The notes below the pieces were generated by a model. It was not told the origin of the DNA, searched no databases, and saw nothing but the letters and a program-made list of their open reading frames with translations. Source: Ignavibacteriota bacterium (GTDB taxonomy: Bacteria; Bacteroidota; Ignavibacteria; Kapaibacteriales; UBA2268). From it: a stretch of 64,000 nt of DNA. Shown in pieces: positions 19,394 through 28,688 of the stretch. Made by a program: the position numbers and the translations under genes. The DNA lies in assembly GCA_020437395.1 (NCBI GenBank), contig JAGQWJ010000005.1, positions 13,693 to 77,692 of the forward strand. The letters run 5' to 3'. Positions within the stretch are counted from its first letter, which is position 1. Each line of letters begins with the position of its first letter.

Positions 19394-22300
19394 TTAATAT
19401 TTTGCTGGGATATTAAATGAAACCGTTGTCCCTTCTCCCTCATTTGATTCAATCCAAATCTCACCTTCGTTCATCTCTACAAATGATTTGCTTAATATTA
19501 GACCAATTCCAGTACCTCTTTCACCGTCAGTACCAAATCTTGAGTCTTTGCCATTCCCTATATCAAAAATATCTTCTAACATTTCTTTTTCAATTCCAAT
19601 CCCATTATCAGCTATTGTAAAATTTGCTTTTGAGTCCATATTTTGCACATCAACAACAACCTTACTATCTGATCTTGAATATTTGATTGCATTTGAAACA
19701 AGGTTTTTTATAACCACTGAAAGTAGATTAGGATCACCATAGGCATAGACTTCCTGGCCATTATTATAAATAAGTTCTATATTTTTCTGTTTAGCTTTTG
19801 GTTTAAAATGGTCTATATATTTTTTAACTAAGTAATTTATAGCGAACTTTTCAGGATAGACTTCTATTTCATTTTTTTGAAGTTTAGCCCAAGTCAATAA
19901 GTTTTCGAGTAAAAGCATTAAATTATTTGATGCATCTTTTATTGTCGCAAGAGATTCTTTTATTTCATCTTGACTCATATCATTATAATAATCAACTAAT
20001 ACAGATGTTATATTCTTGAATCCACTCAATGGATTCTTTAAGTCATGTGCGATAATCGTAAAGATTTTATCTTTCGTCAGATTAATTTCATTCAGCTGCG
20101 TGTTTGAGTCATTCAACTGTTTATTTAACTCTGTAAGTAAATCATTAGTTTTTCTTTTGGCTCTGTATTTAGAAAAGAGTAAAATTGCTATGAAAATAAG
20201 CAATATTGCTAATGAAATAGCACCTATAATTAAAATTTGAGTTAATTCTTTATCTTTTTTCAGTATTTGTATTTCATTATCCTTTTTCTGTACCAAATAC
20301 TCTTCGTGTAATTTCTGAATACGTCTGTTTTGTTCTACATTATAAATACTATCTTTAGTGGTATTAAACAATTTACTATATTGTAGTGCTGCCTTATAAT
20401 CAGTTGTGTTTTCATATAGTTTTGAGAGATAAAAATAACTGTCCGCAATTACAGCTTTTGCGTTTAACTCTTGAGCAATTGATAATGCATCTTCAATATT
20501 AGAGGCAGCCGTATTATATTTTTCAAGACTAATAAAAACTTGACCAAGGTTATTAAGTGTTTGTGCTTCTCCTTTCTTATCTTTTAAATCTTTACTAATT
20601 TCTAATGATCTATAGAAAAATTCTAATGCCGTATAATTATCGCCCTTATCTAGATAAACAACACCAAGATTATTATAACTATGAAGTAAACCTACCAAAT
20701 CATTAATTTCTTTACTAACTTCAAAACCAAGATTATAATACTTTAGAGCGCTATCGATTTGCTTATCATTCCAATAAATTGATGCAAGGTTGTTGTAAGA
20801 TTGAATGATTAGTGGCTTTTCATTGAAATTCTTCAGAATTCTAAAAGATCTTTTAATATAATCCAACGCAAGTCCATAGTCTTTTATATTGTTGTAAATT
20901 AAACCTATGTTATTCAGTGCAATTGCCCTATCTTTTTCCTTCCGTGTTTTTTCTGCTATACGTAATGCTTTAAAATAGAAATCAATAGCTTCTTCATTTC
21001 TACTGATATATCTATATGAGTCCCCTATTCCATTTACTAGCTTAAATCTATAAAGACTATCTAATCTTGAATTTTTTTCAATAATTTCTAATCCTTTTTT
21101 GGCATAATCTATTCCTTTCATAGGAAGAACATTTCTATATTCGACCAATAATTTGAACAGCAAATCTACCTTTTCCTCCTCAGATAGATTTTCTTTATTA
21201 TACTGTTTCTCAAGTTTATCAGTTGCCTCATCTGACATAGCTAATTGAGTCAAAAAACAAATTAAAAAAACTATTATACTATATTTCATAATTATTGAAA
21301 TTATTGAAAGTAAGAGAGTAGTTAAAGAAATCATAAATCCCGTTTGATAAGTATCGGAGTCATATTCAACAATAACATGGTTATTTCCTTTATTCAGCTT
21401 AATTGCTCTCAAACAATAGTCAACTAAATGTACTTCCGATTTCTTTTTATTAACTTCAGCTTTCCACGATGGGTAATATATCTCACTTAAAATTAAAAAT
21501 CCATCAGTAGAATTGCTGATTTTATACTCTAATCTATCATTTTCATAGCTAACGCATTCGATTTTAAAATCAGGTTCAACTTCAATTGACTTAAAGTTCA
21601 TTTTTTTCTCAAATAGAGCTGTCTTTCGTAAATCATATTCACCAGATTCCATAATAGTTTTTATATTAGAAGAATCAGTTTCTACTATTTTATTAACAAA
21701 CCATGCATTACCAAATCTATCCATATTCTCATAAAATCTAGGTGCATTTAAATTTCTGTCTATTCCAACTGAATATTTTACATTCAACAAGTCCATATTT
21801 ATGTCAATATTTGGTGTCGGTGGATTAACTCTCTGCAATAGTAATGGATTATACCCTTCTCTAAGCATTACTTTATCCACCATTCCTTGATTACGTTTCA
21901 TTGCCATATATCTGACTGGCTGATAGAGTCTCATATTTACTCTAAAAATATCATCAGGTAATCTGGGTGTGAATGCATTTTTAAATTCTTTGGGCATTTT
22001 ATAACCATTGGGAATCTGTGTTTCAGTAGGATTCTGTGGGCTTTTATTGAAACTATTGCCGACGGAATATAAATCAATAAATAATAATAGCAAAAGCAAT
22101 GAACCTACTATAGATATTGCAGATGGTTTGATTGTCCCCCAAAATACAACTGCAAAACCAAAAACGAGCAGTATTATTGTTCCTGTTGCTCTTGATACTA
22201 TATCACTTTGAATAATATTAGGTGTATTAAAATTTTCGAAGAAAAGTCCTGTAGATATTAATATCGTTAGTATGAGCGGGATACTAAACGCAATTATTAG

Positions 22301-23515
22301 CTCCTTTTTGTATTTCTTAGTTCTATTAAACACTGTATCAAACCCCAAACCAGCAAGTAAGCTAAATCCAAGGGTCACAAAAAACATCATTCTTGCCGGC
22401 ATACGGAATGTATTGATATAAGGTAAATTATAGAATATATCATAGAAGAATGAGTTTGATCCAAGTGAGAAAAGAAAACCAAACAATGAAATTGAAGCTA
22501 AAGTCAGAATTAGTGAATTTTTATAATTCACTAATATTGCAAATAAACCTAAAAACAATATTAATACACCGAAATAAAAGGTAGTTTCCCAATAATAGTG
22601 AATTCCTTGTACTCCTTCAAACTGTAGGTAGAAAGATACTCCTCTCAGGTCTTCCCCACTTACAGTTCCAAATAAATTAGGCACCATTGCAGTTAACGCT
22701 TGTTTAAATTGTAATGATCCTTCAGTTGCTTTCTCATAGTTTATTTCAGACCTTTGCGATAATTCTGCTAGTTCTTGTGCAGGAAATAGTTGCACGGTAA
22801 ATATTCCATAAGCTAAGATAAAAGTCAATAAAGTAGAAATAATTATTTTTATAGATTTATGTTCTTTATTGATAAAAGAATTTATCAAAATCCCTAAACC
22901 AAATAATCCTATAAAAATAAACTCATAAAGTATTGTCTGTGGGTGACCAGCCAATATTGAAAGACCAAGTATAACACCACTTAATATTCCAAGATAAATT
23001 TTACCTTTGATAAAAGATGAGTAAAGAACACCTAAAACCAAAGGTAACCAGGCTAGTTGATAGATTATCATTGGGTGAATTGTGTGGCAAATCATCAACA
23101 TAGAAAAACTATATCCAACACTTGCTATTAAGCTACCATATAGGGAAATACCTATTTTCTTTGATAAATAGAACGTGTTTATTTGGGAAATAGCAAAATG
23201 AAGAATAATTACTAATTGCAAAGCAGCAAAAGGTAATTTACCATCGGAAACGAATAAATCTAATATCCTATTCAGTGGATAGAAAAAACCCGTTTGAATA
23301 TCAGCGAAAAACGGCATTCCACCAAAAGTATATGGATTCCAAAAAGGAATGCCTTTAGAAGTTGCAGCAAAATTTTGAAAAGGATAAACATATTCAACAA
23401 TATCCTCCCAAAAGAACGCGTCACCTACTATATTAGACCAAAAAAAGATTAATGTTGTTAAAATTGATACTATTACAGCTGTGAAATACTCCGATTTCAT
23501 TATTTTCATAAGCAT
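19394..23515 (-). CDS. Single ORF joining a YfhO-family polytopic membrane protein (residues 1-742) to a TPR-repeat sensor histidine kinase (residues 743-1373)
   Basis: The N-terminal half has YfhO-like blocks (FWNPYTFGGMPFFADIQTGFFYP) and many TM helices. At Met743 (21289) a signal-anchor-like MKYSIIVFLICFLTQLAMS begins. It is followed by about 8 TPR-like repeats, a TM helix, HisKA (IIAHDLKNPL) and HATPase_c (NLVSNAIKYS, DNGIGI, GTGIGL). There is no stop codon between the halves. Confidence 0.75.
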   Translation of the reverse strand: MLMKIMKSEYFTAVIVSILTTLIFFWSNIVGDAFFWEDIVEYVYPFQNFAATSKGIPFWNPYTFGGMPFFADIQTGFFYPLNRILDLFVSDGKLPFAALQLVIILHFAISQINTFYLSKKIGISLYGSLIASVGYSFSMLMICHTIHPMIIYQLAWLPLVLGVLYSSFIKGKIYLGILSGVILGLSILAGHPQTILYEFIFIGLFGLGILINSFINKEHKSIKIIISTLLTFILAYGIFTVQLFPAQELAELSQRSEINYEKATEGSLQFKQALTAMVPNLFGTVSGEDLRGVSFYLQFEGVQGIHYYWETTFYFGVLILFLGLFAILVNYKNSLILTLASISLFGFLFSLGSNSFFYDIFYNLPYINTFRMPARMMFFVTLGFSLLAGLGFDTVFNRTKKYKKELIIAFSIPLILTILISTGLFFENFNTPNIIQSDIVSRATGTIILLVFGFAVVFWGTIKPSAISIVGSLLLLLLFIDLYSVGNSFNKSPQNPTETQIPNGYKMPKEFKNAFTPRLPDDIFRVNMRLYQPVRYMAMKRNQGMVDKVMLREGYNPLLLQRVNPPTPNIDINMDLLNVKYSVGIDRNLNAPRFYENMDRFGNAWFVNKIVETDSSNIKTIMESGEYDLRKTALFEKKMNFKSIEVEPDFKIECVSYENDRLEYKISNSTDGFLILSEIYYPSWKAEVNKKKSEVHLVDYCLRAIKLNKGNNHVIVEYDSDTYQTGFMISLTTLLLSIISIIMKYSIIVFLICFLTQLAMSDEATDKLEKQYNKENLSEEEKVDLLFKLLVEYRNVLPMKGIDYAKKGLEIIEKNSRLDSLYRFKLVNGIGDSYRYISRNEEAIDFYFKALRIAEKTRKEKDRAIALNNIGLIYNNIKDYGLALDYIKRSFRILKNFNEKPLIIQSYNNLASIYWNDKQIDSALKYYNLGFEVSKEINDLVGLLHSYNNLGVVYLDKGDNYTALEFFYRSLEISKDLKDKKGEAQTLNNLGQVFISLEKYNTAASNIEDALSIAQELNAKAVIADSYFYLSKLYENTTDYKAALQYSKLFNTTKDSIYNVEQNRRIQKLHEEYLVQKKDNEIQILKKDKELTQILIIGAISLAILLIFIAILLFSKYRAKRKTNDLLTELNKQLNDSNTQLNEINLTKDKIFTIIAHDLKNPLSGFKNITSVLVDYYNDMSQDEIKESLATIKDASNNLMLLLENLLTWAKLQKNEIEVYPEKFAINYLVKKYIDHFKPKAKQKNIELIYNNGQEVYAYGDPNLLSVVIKNLVSNAIKYSRSDSKVVVDVQNMDSKANFTIADNGIGIEKEMLEDIFDIGNGKDSRFGTDGERGTGIGLILSKSFVEMNEGEIWIESNEGEGTTVSFNIPAKY
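21291..21308. repeat. Perfect 9-bp tandem duplication ATTATTGAA x2 (encodes SII-SII on the minus strand) immediately upstream of Met743
   Basis: Read directly from the sequence. It sits exactly at the YfhO / TPR-kinase junction. Confidence 0.85.
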
Positions 23516-23670
23516 ATTATACTCAAATTTTAATTAGCATATTCATAACAAACGTTATTTAACATTAAAATAAATAACTCGTATATTATTTTTTAAATTA
23601 TACAAAAACAAAAAAATAATATACAATTTTATTAAATAAGCTTAAATAAATTGGTACAACTGACATAAGA

Positions 23671-24135
23671 ATGGAGAAAGAAATGAATTTAGAAGAAAAA
23701 ATAACATCAGAAATGAAAGTAGCTCTAAAAGGAGGTATGAAACAAAGATTGGAAACACTTCGATCTATAAAAGCATTGATACTTGAGTACCAGAAAAGTG
23801 GCAAGGGAACAGAAATTACAGACGAAGTTGCTACTAAATTGTTAAATAAGGCAGCTAAAAATAGAAAAGATTCAATTGCACTTTATTTACAGGCAGGAAG
23901 AACAGAACTTGCTGAAAAAGAGAAGCAAGAATTAGAAATAATTCGTGAGTTTATGCCGAAACAGCTGTCTGAAGAAGAACTTAATACACTAATACTTTCT
24001 ATCATAAAAAAATTGAATGTTAAAGAATTATCAGATATGGGAAAAGTAATGGGTGCAACAATGCAAGAAATTAATGGAAAAGCTGACGGCAATACTGTCC
24101 AACAAATTGTGCGTAAATTATTGAGTAATAATTGA
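23671..24135 (+). CDS. GatB/YqeY domain-containing protein
   Basis: ITSEMKVALKGGMKQRLETLRSIKA and LSDMGKVMGATM blocks are typical of the YqeY family. The start could instead be the ATG at 23683. Confidence 0.85.
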   Translation: MEKEMNLEEKITSEMKVALKGGMKQRLETLRSIKALILEYQKSGKGTEITDEVATKLLNKAAKNRKDSIALYLQAGRTELAEKEKQELEIIREFMPKQLSEEELNTLILSIIKKLNVKELSDMGKVMGATMQEINGKADGNTVQQIVRKLLSNN

Positions 24136-26519
24136 TGAATAGAGAGTTAGAATTAAGAAGGAATAGATTAAAATTAGAAACCGAAAAAGAATTAGAATTT
24201 AGTAGTGTACTTGATGAGATTTCTAAGTTATGCAATTCAGAAAAAGCCTCATATAATGCTGAATTAATTAAGCCATTTAGTAATGCTGATGAGTTGAGAT
24301 ATGAATTAGATCTTATTGAAGATGTATCAAAAATATTTCAAGTAAATGAAGAACTGCCCCTTTCTGGTCTGAAAGAGATTGATAGCGCTCTAAAAAAATC
24401 TCAAATACGAAATGCTGTTTTAGACACAAATGAACTATTAAAAATTAGAGATAATCTAAGAATATTCAGGCTTGTAAATAATTTCATCTCCAATAAAAGC
24501 GAAGAATTGATTAACCTGTCTAAACTTAATGACGTAATTCACTACAATCAATTTATAGAAAAGCATATTGATGAATCAATAGATGATAATGGAGATGTAA
24601 AAGACACTGCCTCGAAACAATTACAATCTATCAGAAGAAATATATTATCAACATCTGATAGACTAAGAAATAAATTGCAATCTATTTTAAAAAAGACTTT
24701 CCAAGATGATTTGTTACAGGATGATTTCTACACTCTTCGAGAGGAGAGATTTGTTATCCCAGTTAAAACAGAATTCAAAAAGGAAATACCAGGGATAATT
24801 CACGGACTGTCAAATACAGGTAATACTGTATTCTTAGAGCCATCAGAAATTATTGATATGAATAACAGCCTATCTATACTTAAGAATGATGAAAAAAAGG
24901 AAATTTTTAAAATACTGACAGCAATTACTGAAGAAATTGGGTCACAATCAGAATTTTTAATAGAAACTAATGAGATAATAACAAGACTCGACTTAATAAA
25001 TGCAAAGGCGAAATATGCTCGAAAGTATGATGGTTATAAACCAATCATTGTTGAAACTAAGGAAATAGAACTCAAGAATATATATCATCCTTTGCTTTTA
25101 AAAAACAAAAGTAAAAAGCAAGTTGTACCTCTTACCATTAGTTTTGATAATATAAAACAAGGACACTTAATATCAGGTCCAAATGCTGGAGGTAAAACTG
25201 TTGCATTGAAGAATATTGGATTAAATATTCTTATGGCAATGTCTGGAATCTATACTTTTGGTTATTGTAAAACTGGATTGCGAGATGTATTTACTTCGAT
25301 TGGTGATCATCAATCAATTGAAATGGATTTGAGTACTTTTTCTTCTCAGATAAAAAGGATAAAAGACATTTTAGATGTTGCCGATCCAGATGCTTTGATG
25401 TTAGTGGACGAGATTTGCTCTGGTACAGATCCTAAAGAAGGTTCAGCTTTGGCTTCTGGAATTCTTGATACAGCATTGAAATATAATTTAAAATTTATTG
25501 TTACTACCCATCAATCTTCGCTTAAGACTTATGCCTTGAACAAAGAAAATATAGAGAATGCTTCTTTAGAGTTTGATGAGTATAATTTGAAACCAACTTA
25601 TAATTTTTTATCGGGAATCCCAGGTAATAGCTATGCCTTCAACTTAGCTGAAAGCATTGGTTTATCTTCATTAATTTTAAATAGGTCAAAAGAATATTTG
25701 GATACGAAAGACACAGAGATTGACAGAAGTATCTCAGAAATTGTTACTTATAGAAAACAAGCTGAAAAAATGAAACTAGAAGCTGAAACAAGTTTACGAA
25801 AAGCTGAAAACATACAACGAGAATATGAAAAATTATTAGAACAGTTAAATCTTAATAAAGCAGAATATAAATCAAAAGCACAGCAAGAAGCAAATATTAT
25901 ATTAACTGACGCAAATAAGTTAGTCGAAAACACTATTAGAGAGATTCAAGAAGGCAAGAGAAAACTAGGTGAAGTTAAAAAAGAATTCGAGTTGAAAAAA
26001 GAGGAGTTAAGAAAGAGAATTTCTGAACCAAAAATACAAAAGAAAATAGAAACGGAAGTTGAAGATAAAATAGAAAAAGGAGATATAGTCCGAATTGACA
26101 TTTATGACACTCCGGGACAAGTAATAGAGATTGCTGATGACAACAAACATGCTATAGTTGAGTTTAATGGATTAAAATTCAGAACAGAGATAGTTAAATT
26201 AGTAAAAGTCGATAAAGAAAATTCTAAAGTAAAAGAAATATCTAACGAAGAATCCAATAAATTCTTCAAAATGGGTGCAGAATCACGGATTGATGTAAGA
26301 GGAGAAAGAGTTAATGATGCAATTGCTATAGTTGAATCATTTCTAAATGATGCAGTAATAGCAGGACTACCTTTCTTGACAATACTACATGGAAAAGGAA
26401 CAGGAGCACTTAGAACAGCTATCCATGATTACTTGAATATGCAATCCTCAGTTAAAAGCTACAGAAATGGCAATTTATCTGAAGGTGGAGAAGGCGTAAC
26501 TGTTTTGGAACTAGTATAA
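24132..26519 (+). CDS. mutS2: Endonuclease MutS2 (MutS-family ATPase with C-terminal Smr domain)
   Basis: Walker A GPNAGGKTV, Walker B MLVDEICSGTDP and TTHQSSLK. C-terminal Smr block IDVRGERV...ILHGKGTGALR. Confidence 0.9.
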   Translation: MMNRELELRRNRLKLETEKELEFSSVLDEISKLCNSEKASYNAELIKPFSNADELRYELDLIEDVSKIFQVNEELPLSGLKEIDSALKKSQIRNAVLDTNELLKIRDNLRIFRLVNNFISNKSEELINLSKLNDVIHYNQFIEKHIDESIDDNGDVKDTASKQLQSIRRNILSTSDRLRNKLQSILKKTFQDDLLQDDFYTLREERFVIPVKTEFKKEIPGIIHGLSNTGNTVFLEPSEIIDMNNSLSILKNDEKKEIFKILTAITEEIGSQSEFLIETNEIITRLDLINAKAKYARKYDGYKPIIVETKEIELKNIYHPLLLKNKSKKQVVPLTISFDNIKQGHLISGPNAGGKTVALKNIGLNILMAMSGIYTFGYCKTGLRDVFTSIGDHQSIEMDLSTFSSQIKRIKDILDVADPDALMLVDEICSGTDPKEGSALASGILDTALKYNLKFIVTTHQSSLKTYALNKENIENASLEFDEYNLKPTYNFLSGIPGNSYAFNLAESIGLSSLILNRSKEYLDTKDTEIDRSISEIVTYRKQAEKMKLEAETSLRKAENIQREYEKLLEQLNLNKAEYKSKAQQEANIILTDANKLVENTIREIQEGKRKLGEVKKEFELKKEELRKRISEPKIQKKIETEVEDKIEKGDIVRIDIYDTPGQVIEIADDNKHAIVEFNGLKFRTEIVKLVKVDKENSKVKEISNEESNKFFKMGAESRIDVRGERVNDAIAIVESFLNDAVIAGLPFLTILHGKGTGALRTAIHDYLNMQSSVKSYRNGNLSEGGEGVTVLELV

Positions 26520-26554
26520 TTTAAAGTGTATAATCTATAAAAGAGAGAATAAAT

Positions 26555-28633
26555 ATGTTAAAAATCATCATTGCTTTTGTTATTATCCCAATAGCAATAT
26601 TAAATTTGAAAGGAATTGAGATGACGGATTATCAACCTCCAGCAACTAAAAAGACAACTGTTTACGATACACTACACGGTGAGGTAATTAAGGACGATTA
26701 TCGTTGGTTAGAAGATAAAAAGAATCCAGAAGTAAGAGAGTGGTCTGAAAAACAGCACAATTCAACTGTTGATTATATTTTGAACAATGGTAAGGATATT
26801 AAAGGACTGAAGGATGAAATAAAAGCATTAAACAATAGAGACTATAGAAGTGCTCCTTTTTTTAAAGCAAAAAGAGAGTTTTTCTATGCTAGAAAGAAAG
26901 GAGAGCAACATAATACATTATACACAATTATTGACGGAAAAGAAATTAAGATTTTCTCCCCTTTCGATTTGGACTCCACAGGAAACACTTCACTATCTGG
27001 AATGAGTTTTTCGGAAGATGGTAATTTATTGTCAATCGGGACACAGTACAAAGGTGATGAAATATCAACTTATAGGTTAATAGATTCGAAAAGTGGTAAG
27101 AAAATTGGTGAAGATATTACAGGACTTAGATCATTTTCTTTTGCTAAGGATGAGAATTATGCATACATAACTGTTCGAACGAGAGAAATGATTGATAATC
27201 AAAAACCAATTGAGGTTTACAAACATAAAATAGGCACAAGCAGGGACAAAGATCAATTATTAGCAATTCCAAGTGATGCAAAAGATATTGCTAGTGTTTG
27301 GGATACGAAGCATGGTGGATTGACTTTCTTTAGTCAAGGTGATTTTTATTCAAATACATTAAAAATAAGAAAACTAGAAGATACAAATGAGCCCAAAACT
27401 ATTTTTAGCTCGACTGAATTTAGTGCATTTCCAGAAGTTCATAAGAATAAAATATATTTTCAAACAAATTTCAATGCACCAAATTTTAAAATATATGTTA
27501 CAGATATAGACAAACCAGAGTTTGAGAATTGGCAGGAATTTTATCCAGAAAAAGAAACAGTTCTCGAAGGATTTACATTTACCTCAGACTATATACTTGT
27601 GATGTATAAAAAAGATGTATTAAGTCACATTGCAGCTTACGATTTTTATGGGAATTTTATTAAAGAAGTTGAAACACCCGAGTTTGGTGATGTTTCTGGC
27701 ATGAGTTACAATGAGGATATGAATACTTTGTTCGTGAGTTTGTCAACATTTACAAGTCCGACTAAACTATATAAATTAGATGGTAAAACATTAGAATGGG
27801 AATTTTATTATCAAGATGATTTACCAATAAATACAGAAAATATAGTTTCCAAAATGGTTAAGTATAAATCTTTAGATGGAACAATGGTACCAATGTTTAT
27901 TTCATATAGAAAAGATATAAAATTGGATGGAACAAACCCAACTTTACTTTATGGCTATGGTGGATTTAATATATCAATGAGTCCCTCCTTCTTGGGTGAC
28001 AAAGCATCATTCATAAACAGAGGTGGGGTTTATGCAGTAGCGTGTTTGAGAGGTGGAAGCGAATACGGAGAGAATTGGCATAAAGACGGAATGCTGGAGA
28101 GAAAGCAAAACGTATTTAATGATTTTATTTCGGCTGCGGAATACTTAATATCATCTGAATATACTAATACGGAAAAGCTTTGTATAATGGGTGGTTCTAA
28201 TGGTGGATTGCTTACTGGTGCATGTTTAATACAGCGTCCTGATCTATTCAAATCTGCAATAGTAGCTGTTCCTTTACTAGATATGCTTAGATATCATAAA
28301 TTTCTGATAGCAAGATATTGGATACCTGAGTACGGTGACCCTGATAAAGCTGAAGATTTTGAGTTTATAAGACCATACTCTCCATATCATAACATACAAG
28401 AGGGAGTAAACTACCCTATCACCTTAGTTAAAGCTGGTGAAAATGATACTCGTGTTGATCCTCTACATGCAAAGAAATTTGCAGCGGCTTTGCAAAATAA
28501 CCAAGGTCAAAAGAATAATATTTTCCTATTTGTTGATTTCGATTCTGGACATGGAAGTGGGCAATCAATAGATAAACAAGTTGAAAACACATATTTACAG
28601 TGGAAATTTATATTTAATACTCTTGGTATGTAA
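26555..28633 (+). CDS. Prolyl oligopeptidase (S9A family serine peptidase)
   Basis: N-terminal DDYRWLED block. Catalytic Ser motif GGSNGGLL. Downstream D (ENDTRVDP) and H (SGHGSG) of the triad. N-terminal hydrophobic segment suggests export or anchoring. Confidence 0.88.
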   Translation: MLKIIIAFVIIPIAILNLKGIEMTDYQPPATKKTTVYDTLHGEVIKDDYRWLEDKKNPEVREWSEKQHNSTVDYILNNGKDIKGLKDEIKALNNRDYRSAPFFKAKREFFYARKKGEQHNTLYTIIDGKEIKIFSPFDLDSTGNTSLSGMSFSEDGNLLSIGTQYKGDEISTYRLIDSKSGKKIGEDITGLRSFSFAKDENYAYITVRTREMIDNQKPIEVYKHKIGTSRDKDQLLAIPSDAKDIASVWDTKHGGLTFFSQGDFYSNTLKIRKLEDTNEPKTIFSSTEFSAFPEVHKNKIYFQTNFNAPNFKIYVTDIDKPEFENWQEFYPEKETVLEGFTFTSDYILVMYKKDVLSHIAAYDFYGNFIKEVETPEFGDVSGMSYNEDMNTLFVSLSTFTSPTKLYKLDGKTLEWEFYYQDDLPINTENIVSKMVKYKSLDGTMVPMFISYRKDIKLDGTNPTLLYGYGGFNISMSPSFLGDKASFINRGGVYAVACLRGGSEYGENWHKDGMLERKQNVFNDFISAAEYLISSEYTNTEKLCIMGGSNGGLLTGACLIQRPDLFKSAIVAVPLLDMLRYHKFLIARYWIPEYGDPDKAEDFEFIRPYSPYHNIQEGVNYPITLVKAGENDTRVDPLHAKKFAAALQNNQGQKNNIFLFVDFDSGHGSGQSIDKQVENTYLQWKFIFNTLGM

Positions 28634-28654
28634 AAAAAATACTGTAGTTGTTTG

Positions 28655-28686
28655 TAAACGCTTAATCCATTCCGATTAAGCGTTTA
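28655..28686. terminator. 13-bp perfect hairpin between convergent genes (no strong U-tract)
   Basis: TAAACGCTTAATC / GATTAAGCGTTTA with the 6-nt loop CATTCC. Confidence 0.5.
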
Positions 28687-28688
28687 TA

